From Octopus sinensis (Eukaryota): a stretch of DNA of 64,000 bases. The stretch lies in NCBI RefSeq assembly GCF_006345805.1, contig NC_042998.1:13020001-13084000 (forward strand), given 5' to 3'. Within the stretch, counting starts at the first letter, position 1; every line of letters begins with the position of its first letter. Under the pieces are notes generated by a model, which had not been told where the DNA came from, did no database searches, and saw nothing but the letters and a program-made list of their open reading frames with translations. Below, piece after piece: positions 28,073 to 41,659 of the stretch. The translations under genes and the position numbers were made by a program.

Positions 28073-29398
28073 ATAAAGGTAGACAAATCACAAACACCTT
28101 CAGGTAGATGGCCCTGCTCGATCTGTAGAAAAGGTGTAGGTAGAAACTCTATAAGATGCACCAAGTGTAAGCTATGGACACATAAGAGATGCAGCAATGT
28201 CAAAGGAAGGCTAACTAGGAAGATGGTTTTTGTATGTGGCAGATGCTCAGGAACAATAAACACTGAAAATGCTCTGAGACCAACTTCCGTCACTTTCCAG
28301 GGAGAAAAACTAGAAATAGTTGATAGTTACCGTTACCTAGGTGACCAAGTCAGCAGCGGGGGCGGGTGTGCTGAAAGTGTAACTGCTAGAGTAAGAATAG
28401 CTGGGCAAGTTCAGAGAGCTCTACCTCTGCTGGTGACAAAAGGCCTCTCGCACAGAGTGAAAGGCAGACTGTATGATGCGTGTGTACGAACAGCCATGCT
28501 ACATGGCAGTGAAAACATGGGCCGTGACTGCTGAGGATATGCGTAAGCTCGCTAGAAATGAAGCCAGTATGCTCCGATGGATGTGTAATGCCGGTACACA
28601 CACTCGGCAGAGTGTAAGTACCTTGAGAGAAAAGCTGGACCTAAGAAGCATCAGTTGTGGTGTGCAAGAGAGACGTTTGCGCTGGTATGGTCATGTGGCG
28701 AGAATGGATGAAGATAGTTGTGTGAAAAAGTGCCACACCCTAGCGGTTGAGGGAACCTGTGGAAGAGGCAGACCCAGGAAAACCTGGGACGAGGTGGTGA
28801 AGCACGACCTTCGAACTTTAGGTTTCACTGAGGAAATGACTAGAGACCGAGACCTCTGGAAGTGTGCTGTGCGCGAGAAGACCCGGCAGGACAAGTGAGT
28901 CCATAACCCGTGGCCTTCTACATGGGATGGAGCCAGCCTACGTATGCATACCTTCCTTTCTTGGGACACAAAACTCTACTTGTGAAGACGTGATGAGGCA
29001 AGTGAAGATCAGAATCGAAATCGATCAATGGAAATTGCGGATGTGCTACCAGTGCCGGTGGCATGTAAGAGAACTTTCCGTTTCGCGACTGTTGCCAGCA
29101 CCGCCCCGTTTCGTGTCCGTTGCCAGCCTCGCCTGGCCCTCGTGCTGGTGGCACATAAAAAGCACCATCCGTTCGTGGCCGCTTGCCAGCTCTGTCTGGC
29201 ACCAGTGCGGGTGGCACGTAAAAAGCACCCCCTACACTCACGGAGTGGTTGGCGTTAGGAAGGGCATCCAGCCGTAGAAACACTGCCAGATTTGACTGGG
29301 CCTGATGAGGCCTTCTGGCTTCACAGACCCCAGTGGAACCGTCCAACCCATGCTAGCATGGAAAACGGACGCTAAACGATGATGATGATGATGATGAT
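28073..29398 (+). mobile_element. 5'-truncated RTE-clade LINE: PHD-like finger, RT C-terminus, 3' UTR and (GAT)n tail
   Basis: ORFs 27938-28534 and 28473-28898 are frameshifted parts of WPCSICRKGVGRNSIRC..C..W.HKRC..C.RC..LEIVDSYRYLGD..LYDACVRTAMLHGSE/TWAV..RRLRWYGHVARM..GRGRPRKTW. 3' end ggagtggttggcgttaggaagggcatccagcc..(gat)7. Confidence 0.9.
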
Positions 29399-29407
29399 AT
29401 ATATCTA

Positions 29408-29640
29408 TAAAATAATATGTGACAATCATTTGGATGCCGACGTGGAAATCCGCAACACCATCTCTTCGGAAATCTGGCCAGATAACCGAAGAGATGGTGT
29501 TGTGGATTTCCACCTCGGCGTTCGAAACTCAGTGTTTTATCTTGGCTACCGAATAATTGTCACACATCATTTTACAAATAAATTTCCTCTACATAATATT
29601 GAGGTCTATTTCTTTCTTTTGTTATCTTACCGTTTTTACC
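29408..29640 (+). mobile_element. Fold-back fragment of the 3' end of the 41-44 kb PLE family, with a U4C hammerhead-like motif
   Basis: Zero-spacer imperfect palindrome 29436-29519 centred on ctgg|ccag. agataa-CCGAAGA..GAAA-ctcagtg-TT-ttatct at 29480-29542. 3' part homologous to 43735-43897. Confidence 0.8.
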
Positions 29641-30099
29641 AATATATATATATATATATATATTAATAAGCGGAACAGATATTTATATATCCAGTTTTAT
29701 TCTATAGTCAATTACGTTTTTCCATTGCTGAAACTACATGCTTTTGCAAAATTTTGCAGTGTGCACAATAATCAGCGGAAACTTATGTAGGTGCAGAAAT
29801 GAAAAGGTGTAATTGACTGCAGAATAAAACTGGATGTATAAATCTCTGTTCTCCTTACAATTGATTTATTATTTATTCTCTACCGACAGCATGAAATCTC
29901 TATAGACGCATGGATTTACCGATGTGAAGATCTACTGAGGATAGTAAAATAACTAACTGGAGTTTTTCTATACTCACGGAGGTTAGCCAGCATTATTAAA
30001 TTCATTACCGGTAAAGTGAATACGGTACCCGGTAAAATTGTATATCCCCAACAACTTAATTTAGAAATTTATATATATATATATATATATAGTCGCCAT

Positions 30100-30290
30100 G
30101 TTAGATCGTTAGCCACTACACACATTTTTTTCTCTCCTTGTTTCTCTCCTTGTTTTTTTTCTGTGTCCCTTTCTGTAGAAGAGTGTAGGTTCGAAACGTA
30201 AAATACTTTTTCTATTCCTGAGCGTTATACTAATACATCTGCTTGTTTTGTACACCACCTGTCTTCGTCTTTTATTTTTTCGTAAACTCT

Positions 30291-30295
<5 letters not shown>
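30100..30295 (+). mobile_element. Family H1 element with hammerhead-like motif
   Basis: cttt-CTGTAGA-a-gagt-gtag-gttc-GAAA-cg-TA-aaat at 30169-30204. Confidence 0.7.
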
Positions 30296-30356
<61 letters not shown>

Positions 30357-30409
30357 TTATAGAAGGAGCTTCTACAGGACTAGAACTGTTTCATTCAAAA
30401 GAAATCATC

Positions 30410-30467
<58 letters not shown>

Positions 30468-32554
30468 TGTGTGTGTGTGTGTGCGCGCGCTCGCGCACGC
30501 ATGTGTCTGTGTGGATAACTGCACGTGCATGCGCATAGAAACGAAGCGAACTAGATCTCTGTCGATGTGCTTAGTTTTTTTATCCTCTCCAGTAAATACC
30601 ATTTTGAATAGTCTTGTATATATCTGACAATTACACGTTTACTATGCTCCTAAGTTAATTCTTCGGCGGAATCAACACGATACGATGTTTGATGTGGTTA
30701 GACACTTCGAATAAGGTATTTAATCCAAGCGATGTACTTTGAAATAAATTTCGTTCACGCGATTTCCCTCACAAGTGAATGATTGTACTGATGCTATGAT
30801 AAATAACATTTTCGAATGATAACACACTCTGGAACTTAGTTTGGACAACATGAATACTAAGTAAATATTCAGTCATAAACGCAAACACGCACTCACATCG
30901 ATTCGCTGAAACCTGCCCTGCAATCCATTAGCTAATTTTCACTTACCAACGTAATATAAACAGAAGCTTGTATAATTAATCTATCCTTTATCAGATTAAT
31001 TTACTTTCCTACTACTTTGTACCGCTTGTGTATTTTACCTCTCTATTCACTTAATAAACTCCGTTAGTTACTATAACCACACACGCTTCTAAGAAATTTT
31101 TCGAAATCCCAAATCGTAAACACCCTGAGCATTGTTCTAGTTGAACTTCAATCTTTTCAAACCAATCTCCTTAGAGGACCTGTAAGCATAAATATCGAAA
31201 TATGGTATAGTAATTTAGAAATTGTAAATTTAGTAAGAAATAAGTTTTTTAATATTATGTTGATATTTTTCGCGGTACTTAGCCGTAAGAATAAGCGATA
31301 TCACGAATTTCATGGGCATTCTTCAGAACAACACATGCATTTGCTGTGTGCCTTGTGTTTATCGATTAGAGATTTCTAGACTCGGGTGGAACTGCATTAA
31401 AGTTGTCAGATAATAGCTGTATCTATTAGTTCAAATCTAGAGCCTCCGTGATGTCTACAGCGATCACAATATCTTACGTAATAACACATTGTATGATATT
31501 TGTATCAATATCAAGGGTACCTGTTATTTTGTTATGATACAACACATGACTTCTCTATAACGACTGGGAAAAGAGCAGAATCTAAATGATGATAAATGAA
31601 AATCTCATCCAACAAATTATTACATATTTTTCCTAATAAACAACGGTTGAATATTAACGATAATTATATAAATGGCATCTTAAAGATGTAAATCAAATGT
31701 TGAACAATAATTCATGTGAAATCAAAATATAGAAGTGAGAAACGAAATTCTGTAAATCAATTTACAAAGTGCCCTATATATTCAGCTAGTTCACTACCCT
31801 CAGGTTCTCACGGTCATTAATAATTCATCCATGAAACATTACTAATATGAATACTATAAAATCTGATTATTTGAATGCTACAATCCGCCAGGTTTCTATG
31901 TAATTTCAATTTGGACGCAGGATGTACGTTTTGCTTCTAGTGAGGCAATTTTAATTATTACAATATTGATTTCATTTATATCAGTAAGTCGAGGTTTTGT
32001 AAGGAAAAGTCGTACAGCATATTAAAGCCACTAGTGCTTCTCGTTTTAACAAACCCAGTGATAAAATTCACAATCAACCCCAGCGGGACTCACATTTAAA
32101 AGCTTCAGATGCGAACAACGTATAATTATAATATATAGATTCAATCCGATATATGAAATATTTAAATTTCAGTACATACTCTTCGGGAGTTTTCAAATAT
32201 TAATACTATACACTCCAATATATTAATAAGTTTAAGAACTGGATTTAGAATTCCTATGCATTGACAATGCAAAATTAATAGGTTGCTTAAATGCAAAAGA
32301 TATAAAACACAAAAAAGAAATCCACGTAACACCACTGAGTACAAAATATTTGCATATTCTCCTCTTCGTTCTTTCTCCCCCTCTCTCCCCCCTCTCTCTC
32401 TGTCTTTATATATATGCATACACACACATACACATTAATATTTCGCTTAGTTATACTGAGACTAAAACCTGATGTAAGTCTCAATATACGTAAGGTACAG
32501 AACACAAATACTTATGTAACGTTGTATTTTATATATATATTTCTTTTTTTTTCT

Positions 32555-32900
32555 TTTTACTTGTTTCAGTCATTTTGACTGCGGCCATGCTGGAACACCG
32601 CCTTTAATCGAGCAACTCAACCCCGGGACTTATTCTTTGTAAGCCCAGTACTTATTCTATCGGTCTCTTTTGCCGAACCGCTAAGTGACGGGGACAAACA
32701 CAGACACACAAACATACACGCACATACATATATATACATATATACGACGAGCTTCTTTCAGTTTCCGTCTACCAAATCCACTCACAAGGCTTTGGTCGGC
32801 CCGAGGCTATAGTAGAAGACACTTGCCCAAGATGCCATGCAGTGGGACTGAACCCAGAACCATGTGGTTGGTAAACAAGCTACTTGCCACACAGCCACAC
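32555..32900 (-). mobile_element. SINE family A
   Basis: Reverse complement of the 5777 copy. Confidence 0.9.
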
Positions 32901-33347
32901 ATAAGAAAACCTTCACATTTCTCTACCCGTGTGAGTAACTTTATCCATACCAAGGTGGATAGTGTGCTTTTGATACCCATCCTGTTTCCCTGGGAGGTAA
33001 ATTTGAGTCCCAGGGGCGGTTTTCTACTTTTGTTCCTTAACTCAATATTTCGCGCTTTTTAGTATTAGAATTAAGAAGAATTATTTCGCGTTTTCTCGAA
33101 GTCTATAAGTCTTGATGACGTTAACAATATGTGTGTGTCTGTATATGTACATGTGCACGTGTGTCCGTGTGCGTATTCATATATACGTATATATATATAT
33201 ATATATGTATGTATATGTTGTGTATATAAATTGAAAATAATAAGGATGAAAACTTAAATATTAATTTGTTTAATATCAATTTAAAACCAGTGGTCTAGCG
33301 TATAGAAAAATCTGAAGATTCAGAAAAAAATATCTTACATACATATT

Positions 33348-33551
33348 AGAGGGATGACCACTAAGTGGACATCCATTATGCTAAAATTCGACCCTCTATG
33401 GTCTTACCACTAAGAAAGGAATGTTCACAAGAAAATTTAGCAAACGCCACAATGTAAGCGAGCAAGACAAACGAAAAGATACAATTCTTAGTGGTAAGAC
33501 CATAGGAGGTCGATCTAGCATGATGGATGTCCACTTAGTGGTCATCCCTCT
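33348..33551. mobile_element. MITE with ~68 bp terminal inverted repeats
   Basis: agagggatgaccactaagtggacatcc..cttaccactaagaa / ttcttagtggtaagacc..ccacttagtggtcatccctct; the ccactaag motif occurs twice per arm. Confidence 0.75.
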
Positions 33552-33598
<47 letters not shown>

Positions 33599-33703
33599 AT
33601 ATATATATGTGTGTAAATGCATACACACACACTAACACGCAGACACACACACAAACACACGCACACACATACACATATATACATATAGATGGTCTTTTTA
33701 TCT

Positions 33704-33865
33704 GTTACTTGTTCAAGTCATTTGACTGTGGCCATGCTGGAGCACTGCTTTTAGTCGAGCCTAGTACTTATTCTATCGGTCTCTTTTGCCGAACCGCTAA
33801 GTTACTGGGACGTAAGCACTGCAGCATCGGTTGTGAAGCGATGTTGGGAGGAGACACAAACACAT

Positions 33866-33917
<52 letters not shown>

Positions 33918-33918
33918 T

Positions 33919-33979
<61 letters not shown>

Positions 33980-34150
33980 ATACATATATACGACAGGCTT
34001 CTTTTAGTTTCCGTCTACCAAATACAGTCACAAGGATTTGGTCGGCTCGTGGCTATAGTAGGAAACACTTACCCAAGGTGCCACTCAGTGGGACTGAATC
34101 TGGATCCATGTGGTTTGTAAACAAGGTACTTACCACACACCCTCTCCTAC
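33704..34150 (-). mobile_element. SINE family A with expanded internal (TA)n
   Basis: Reverse-complement homology to the 5777 copy. Confidence 0.85.
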
Positions 34151-35552
34151 GCCTATGTATATATGTATGCATGTGTGTGTATGTATGTGTGTATATGTGC
34201 ATATGTATAATTAATTTTACTGATTACAAGTGTTTTTGCAAATACGTCTTTAAAAGGAAAGTTAATTCACATTTAGACGTTAATATACAGAATTATGAAA
34301 TATTTTCAGTTCCAGTATATTATTTCGGAATATATTTTATACGATATAGCTAAATTTTCTGTTCAGAATCCAGAAGAATTACTATAATTACATATAAGTG
34401 ATATTTCATATAGTTAAACGGCTTATATTTTGAAAGCTCTAATCAAAAGTAGTTATATATTTTTGATATATTTTCATGGGTTTTAAAGATATCTCTAAAG
34501 ATAATGAATGATATAAATGAAAAGATATTTGCAAGTATTACTATGGTGTGAAATCATTTTTGCACTTTATACTGTTTTCCTCGAAAGTCCAATAATTTAA
34601 TTCAAAATGAAACTGTTTAATACAGTTATATAACAATATTCCTGTCATAAAAATTCAAGTTGGAATAATCTAATACATTCCAAAGGTGTGTTAAAATATT
34701 TGTTGATATATCGGTAGCAGATATTATTTAATACTACACAGTCAATATATAATATGTGCGCAATTGTAAATGCGTGTATGCAAAGGAAAACTAACAACTA
34801 TTCAATTATTTCGAAAAACAACCAAAAAGATAGCATTGTTATTCTTCCTGCTACATTAGTAAAGTTAGTCTAACATTATATACTATTGTTTCAGCTATTG
34901 TGTTTAATAGAATTTTTTGATTTTTTTTCTTTGCGTCTACCTAAATAACAGAGATATAATTATATGAATCTGTGTCGAATATAATATGAAACTCATATAG
35001 CATCATTTCAATATATTTTCATATATCTATTGCTCTTTCTACTTATTTGTGCAAATCTGTACATTTGTGTATAAATGTGTATATATTAAGTAAGAATTAG
35101 TAGGAAAATGATGGCAATATGGAATATATTGAACATATCAACATATTGGATATGATTAATATAATTATCCGCACACATTTATTAAACGCAGAGTATTGGA
35201 TATCTACAAAGAAATCGTGTTTACTGTAATCTTTTGTAATATTTGATATTATATTACATCAAAGATGTCTTTAAACATATATGCATTATTTGCTTTCTTC
35301 TATTAAAATTAATTGCATCTATGCTTTCAAAGCTAATATGCCTTTGACTCAAGTGTATATTTAATGTACACTAAGGTTATATTGTGTTTTAGTAATCATA
35401 CATTCTGTTCTGCAATAAATAACGAATGATTACCAGCGTTTTCTTCATCATTCATACATTTATATTCCTACTGCTGTAATATATACATATATATGTATGT
35501 GAGAGAATGTTTATGTGTGCGTGTGCTGTGTGTATATATGTACTTATATACG

Positions 35553-35628
<76 letters not shown>

Positions 35629-36599
35629 TGTATGTATGTATGTATGTATGTATGTATGTATGTATGTATGTATGTATATATGTATGTATACACGAACACT
35701 TTTATAAAACCAAACCTTGACGTATCTTCTGTATAATGTATAATTCTGCATTTGACCTCCAATACACCAAAGAAAATGTAACCATTAGACTATGCATCAA
35801 ATGAAGAATAATTCTTTTTCATTTCCAATCTGCACATGATTGAAATGAATGAAGAAATCCCTAAAAGGAATATATGGTCATCATTAGTATGTTTCTTCTC
35901 TTTTTAACAATCCCAAGAGAAGTAAAGAACGTGGATTCTGAGGTGCGAATTTCTCGGGACTTATCAAAATATCATGAAGCACTGATGACAATATACACTT
36001 CACTTTCTACCGTAATATTGGTTTCTAATTAAGACGGAAGGCTACGAATTGTGACAAAGGGAACAATACTTTCAGAGCAACTCGTCTTTGATTGCTAATA
36101 TACTTTATTGCACAAACAAAGATCAAATGTACGTTATGTCTTTGTGGGGTTTCGTATAAAAATCTAATGAAGATCAGCAAATTAACACAAGGTATCTTGC
36201 CTGATTTTCTACTAATATAATCCCGTATGACTTTCTATATTAATGCTTTCTATTTCAGGAAGAAAACCAGTACGGGATGTGGAAGACGATTTCATCATTC
36301 GATTTCGTGTGTCGTACTTTATTAAATTGACGCTTGTGGGATTTGTACTGAGAACATTAAGGGACAGCGGAAATAAAGCAGGGCATTTTGTCCGATGACT
36401 TTCATTTGACTATTCTACAGATTGGTCACAGTACTTGTCATGGCTAGAGTGATAAATAATACATTATGAAACGAGCAACAAATCCGTGCTGTAAGGTTTC
36501 GTTCCTTCATTCCTTAGTGTCTCTTTAGTTTCTTCCAGTCCAAACATTTTACTTATCCACTTGTGCGGCATCATGTGATAAGTTTTATTTTTATAATCC

Positions 36600-37450
36600 A
36601 TTTATGATATATTCAATCCTGGTAATGTGCAGCGCAATATTCTTATTAAACTGTGTGTCTTATGTTGCTCTACGTTGCCTCTTGCATCTTTTCTGTCCCA
36701 CTCATAATAGAGCTTTTCCGTCAAGACACCGGTCAAAAACTTCCACTCAAGTGGTAGATAGGATATAGGTCGAACGTTTGACAGTAATTTACATTTCAAC
36801 GGATTCGTAAGGCACAGCAGCGTCCATCGATTTGTCACCCAAGTATGAACGTGTATTTACTGCAGGCATTTCTCAAAGTGTAGTGCAATTCTTCCTTGCA
36901 ACTGTAACATTTACAGCCAATGACCTTGTACTCAGTTCCCATCCTGGTTCTTGCCAATTTACTACATTTTTCAACTCCAGTTTCACTGAATACAGATCTC
37001 TTCTGACGTGCTTTGTTACTTTGTCGCACAGCCTGTTGTAGCCGCTCTTCAATTTATTTATATCTCACTGGCCCGTTCCAAATTTCTCCCAAAATGGCTT
37101 TATTTGCAGCAGCATCAGAAATCAAGTCCAACTGTTGATCTCCCACTCTATGTCCTTAAACAACCTTGACTGAAAACATCTTTTCTGTTCAAAACCTTTT
37201 CAGTTTGGCCTTTACGTCCATTAAATTATTATTAATATTTCCGAAACTTATGCTATTTCATTTCTCCAGTTCTTTCCACGTCTTTTCCAACCTTATTCAT
37301 GGTCTTTTCTCCTGTTTGGTTCTTTCTTTTCCTTTCCCTTCTTTTCTTCAACTGTCTTACGTCAACTACAAAATTAGAGGCGGGTATGGTTAGCTGGTTT
37401 CTTGCACTGATATCCTCTATTTCAAGAGATGCTTTATTAAAACCGCAAAC
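36600..37450 (-). mobile_element. Highly degenerate RT fragment of an RLE-type (R4-like) LINE
   Basis: NVRPISYLPLEWKFLTGVLTEKLY (cf. N.RPISCLPL.WKLLTG) preceded by a decayed ..GEIWNGPV.. segment; many stops and frameshifts. Confidence 0.6.
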
Positions 37451-37639
37451 AATCCCTCTCAACATCTGACTATGATGCTACCCGATTACTTCTACTTGTG
37501 ATCAGAGACACGCATGTTCTCAGCCACTAAAGGAAATGTTCAAAGAGTGAAGGTCAAGCAACTGACAAGCTAACCTGTAATATTGCGCCGAATATTTGCA
37601 GTAGCCCATCTTTAACTTCAAGACAAAGCATTTACATAC

Positions 37640-37732
37640 ATTATTTACATTATTTACATTTGACGGATATTTGTCCTCATTTTGTTTGTTGTTAACACAA
37701 CGTTTCGGCTGATATACCCGCCAGCCTTCATC
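37640..37732 (-). repeat. Truncated hammerhead-bearing repeat
   Basis: rc: GATGA-a-ggctg-gcgggtatat-cagcc-GAAA-cg-TT-gtgtt. The core CU and stem I 5' strand are lost at the truncation. Confidence 0.6.
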
Positions 37733-38253
37733 CTCTGTTTGAAATGATTATCGTTAAAATCTGGTTTATATTCTATTAGTACAAGCTGGAATAAAATCAG
37801 TGCTGACATATTTGAACTCGGTGATTTAAAACCTCTTATAAAATAAGCTATTCTTGTCCGACGTAACAGTATGTTCTGTCGGATGCGTCTTTCTTCTGAC
37901 AATCTAGCCTCAATGCAATGAAATGAAATCTGAAAGGAATTAATGAATTGCATACATCCCGCTCTGATGACTATTTGAATATCACGAGGGAATATGAAAT
38001 CTATTATTGGAGTTTCCCTAAATCAATAAAGAAAAGTATTAAACAAAATGAATATTAAAATTCGATCGTCCAAAAATGTTATTAGGAATGACAAACACAT
38101 ATAAGATTATAATGATTATGCCATTTGACTAGAGAAAACATCCTGAAAATTGAAATATAAACATTGGACATTCACAAACAGGTGCTATTTTTTTTTTAAT
38201 GAAATGCTACTTCAAGCTGCTAATAGTTTCATTCGATAAATATTATTGATATA

Positions 38254-38422
38254 GGCGCAGGAGTGGCTGTGTGGTAAGTAGCTTGCTTACCAACCACATG
38301 GTTCCGGGTTCAGTCCCACTGTGTGGCATCTTGGGCAAGTGTCTTCTACTATAGCCCCGGGCCGACCAATGCCTTGTGAGTGGATTTGGTAGACGGAAAC
38401 TGAAAGAAGCCTGTCGTATATC

Positions 38423-38471
<49 letters not shown>

Positions 38472-38669
38472 TTGTGGTTCTGTGTTTGTCCCCCTAGCAT
38501 TGCTTGACAACCGATGCTGGTGTGTTTACGTCCACGTCACTTAGCGGTTCGGCAAAAGAGACTGATAGAATAAGTACTAGGCTTACAAAGAATAAGTCCC
38601 GGGGTCGATTTGTTCGACTAAAGGCTCCAGCATGGCCGCAGTCAAATGACTGAAACAAGTAAAAGAGTA
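38254..38669 (+). mobile_element. SINE family A, full length
   Basis: Same head and tail as the 5777 copy. Confidence 0.9.
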
Positions 38670-40239
38670 TATAAATCCTAAATATCTGCTAGTTTAATAA
38701 TTAACAAAGATTACAGTGTTATATATCCAATGATAGTCTGTCATTCTACCTCAGAATGTACATTACCTGCTCATTATCGAATATTTCTTTCATTTATCTC
38801 TCCCCTACATCTTGAGTATTACAGAAAATTAAATGTAATAAGGCGTGGTAAGATTTACAATATATAGATCTATGTCAACACTGCTTCGAATTTATCACTA
38901 GCTGCGATATTTCCACCAGTATCAATTATCATATTTCCAAGATGAGTGTAGAGGCATTTTCAATACTACGTATTTGAATAGGTTCCAACTGTATATGTTC
39001 TTATCTAAGATATTATAAACGTGACAATACTGACAGCAAGATATAGAGTGGAGAAACAAAATGATCTGTTTGTCTTAATCTGAGTAAAAATTGTTTCCAA
39101 AATCAAAATGATTAATTAACAGGAAATATACTGGGAAACATTCATGAAGCATTACTCCATCTTGCATACAACATAACATTTCGAACGAATTAAAGTGTCT
39201 CTTCCCTGACATATATTTCAGTCATGTACTGCTAGAAGGATGCAACGATGCAAGTAACAACATGATAGCTTCAGAGTATCTTAGAAATATTTTCTCAAAT
39301 GTCCATTTAAATAATTAATGTAAAAATTAATGTTGTTTAAGAAAAATGCATAAAAACCATACTATAATTTCGATACTTTTTTTTTATTTTTAATTATATT
39401 TAAGATAATTATTTTGAAATTAATTTTTTATTCTTTTCTATGCAAGTCTCATTTTTATTGCTATGATAATTTCCTTGCTGTAGATGAGTGCGTTTACATT
39501 TCCTCCATTTTATTCCTTTCATTATTTTTTAATTTGCGTATATTGTTAGTGTTGGAAATGTTAGTTTCCAAATTTTAAATAGTGTTATTTAAATAAAAAA
39601 TGTTAATAACTTTCCTTTTGCTGGCACATGATCTAATCAATTTTGCTGGTGCAGTGAGTAAATTAAATCCTGAAAAATTAATAAAGCTCCTATATTTACA
39701 TGAAATATTGCGTTCCGAATTTGGTTTAGCAATTTCTATAATGTTTTCATTTTTCTGGTTGCTGGTTTGAGTTTCAAACATAATTATGGAAACTATGCAA
39801 AGAATCTGGTTAGCTTAAGTTTTATGGTAACAAATAAGTAAAATTATTTTCCGCATCTCTCATTCAAATACCTTAAGTTCGAAAACGAACACAGACAAAC
39901 AGATACTCTGACACACAAACACACAGACACACAGACATTGACACGCACAAACACAAACACCCACCCACCCACATACATGCTAACATATGCCCAGGCGCAA
40001 ACCTACATACGGCATTGCATATATAAGTACAAAAAAAGCGAAAAGACCAACTTCGACCGTGAATGATCATAGGATTGCACCTAGAGAAGTTAGGGTTAGA
40101 TTATAAAACTACCCACTATTCATGTATACGTACATACTACATACATATATATATATAGATATACATATACATATATATATATACATATATACATACATAT
40201 ATATACATACACACACACACATACACGCACATATATCGT

Positions 40240-40862
40240 AGGCACAGGAGTGGCTGTATAGTAAGTGGCTTGCTTACCAACGACATGCTTACGGGTTCAG
40301 TCCCACTGCATGCCATATTGGGTAAATATCTTCTTCTATAATCTCAGGCCGACCAAAGCCTTGTGAATAGACTTGGTAGACGGAAACTCAAATATATATA
40401 TATATATATATAAAGTTAATCCAAACATGAAAACACAAAGAGAAAACACAACAACGCGAAGACGTGGAACAAATATAGTATTATTAGACGCTCAGGAAGG
40501 AAGGGAAGAAGGAGGGTTTAACGCTTCGAGCGGAGCTCTTCGTCAGAAACATAGGAAAAGGAAAGATCCAGAGAAGAGAAGACGGAGGGAAAAAAATCGC
40601 CAACGGTACACACGCGGTCACATTTACATATATGTGTTTGTGTGTGTGTGTGTGTCTCTGTGTGTGTGCTGTGTATGTGTTTGTGTGTGTGTCTGTGTTT
40701 GTCCCTCCAACATTGCTTGACAACCGAAGCTACTGTGTTTACGTTCACGTAACTGGGCAAAAGAAACCGAGAGAATAAGTACTAGTCTTACAAAGAAGAA
40801 ATCGTGTAGTCGATTTGCTCGACTGAAGGCAATTCTCCAGTATGGCCACAGACTGAAACAAA
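40240..40862 (+). mobile_element. Diverged SINE family A interrupted in its (TA)n tract by an H2 element
   Basis: Head 40240-40390, tail 40660-40862. Confidence 0.8.
40413..40600 (-). mobile_element. Short element family H2 with hammerhead motif
   Basis: rc 40516-40550: gttt-CTGACGA-a-gagc-tcc-gctc-GAAG-cg-TT-aaac (A15.1G). Second copy at 52925-53092. Confidence 0.75.
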
Positions 40863-41081
40863 GGATATATATATATATATATACTACAAAATTAGAGAAT
40901 GGAGAAATATACTTAAATCAGTAAAACATCAACTATCCGATGATACTCAATCCATACTTTAATACACCATTACATATGAGTAAAGGCAATACATAAAATG
41001 AAATGAGATATACAGTAATAGTAACAAGATAAAGAGATATAAGTAAAAAATTTTCAAATATAATATGCAAATAAATCAAAA

Positions 41082-41189
41082 CTGACAGCTGTTTCGGCAG
41101 TGAGGACAGTCATACCTCATTTAACCTATAAGCCATAAAGGCAGGTATAAATGAGGCATTAACAAGGATGCCCCACGGCCTCTTCAGAG
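41082..41189 (-). ncRNA. Hammerhead motif with a large structured loop II
   Basis: rc: ct-CTGAAGA-ggc..(internal hairpin cctcattta/taaatgagg)..gcc-GAAA-cagctg-TC|ag. Stem I is only 2 bp. Confidence 0.55.
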
Positions 41190-41314
41190 AATAAATTAAA
41201 TTTGTTATAATAGTGAAAAATATTATACAATCATATACATATAATATAAAAATATAAAAATGTAAATATAAAACTTATACATCATAAAGCTACACTTATA
41301 TAATATAATACACT

Positions 41315-41363
<49 letters not shown>

Positions 41364-41659
41364 ATACAATATGTTACATTACTCGGTAGTCAAGATAAAA
41401 CTCTGAGTTTCAGATGCCGAAGTGGAAATCCACAATACCATCTCTTCGGTTATCTGGCTATTTGAAAACGTTATGAAAAAATACCGTTAAAAATGAAGGG
41501 AAATTACTCTGTTATAACTCTGCTTTGCCTGCGTACTTATACATCGCTCGCATTTTTCGTCATAAAAATTATATAAAAATACATAAAAAATATAAAAATA
41601 TATAAAAATATATAAAATCTTCTTGGGACATAACACAGAAAGCATGATCTATCCGTTTT

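Noticed and set aside
36258-36396. Good plus-strand splice acceptor (ctttctatttcag|G) followed by a 45-codon open frame
   Set aside because: No donor and no recognisable product; such sites arise by chance in AT-rich DNA.
37975-38030. CTGATGA..GAAA hammerhead candidate
   Set aside because: Stem II closing pair is mismatched, there is no U16.1 and no stem I; compatible with chance.
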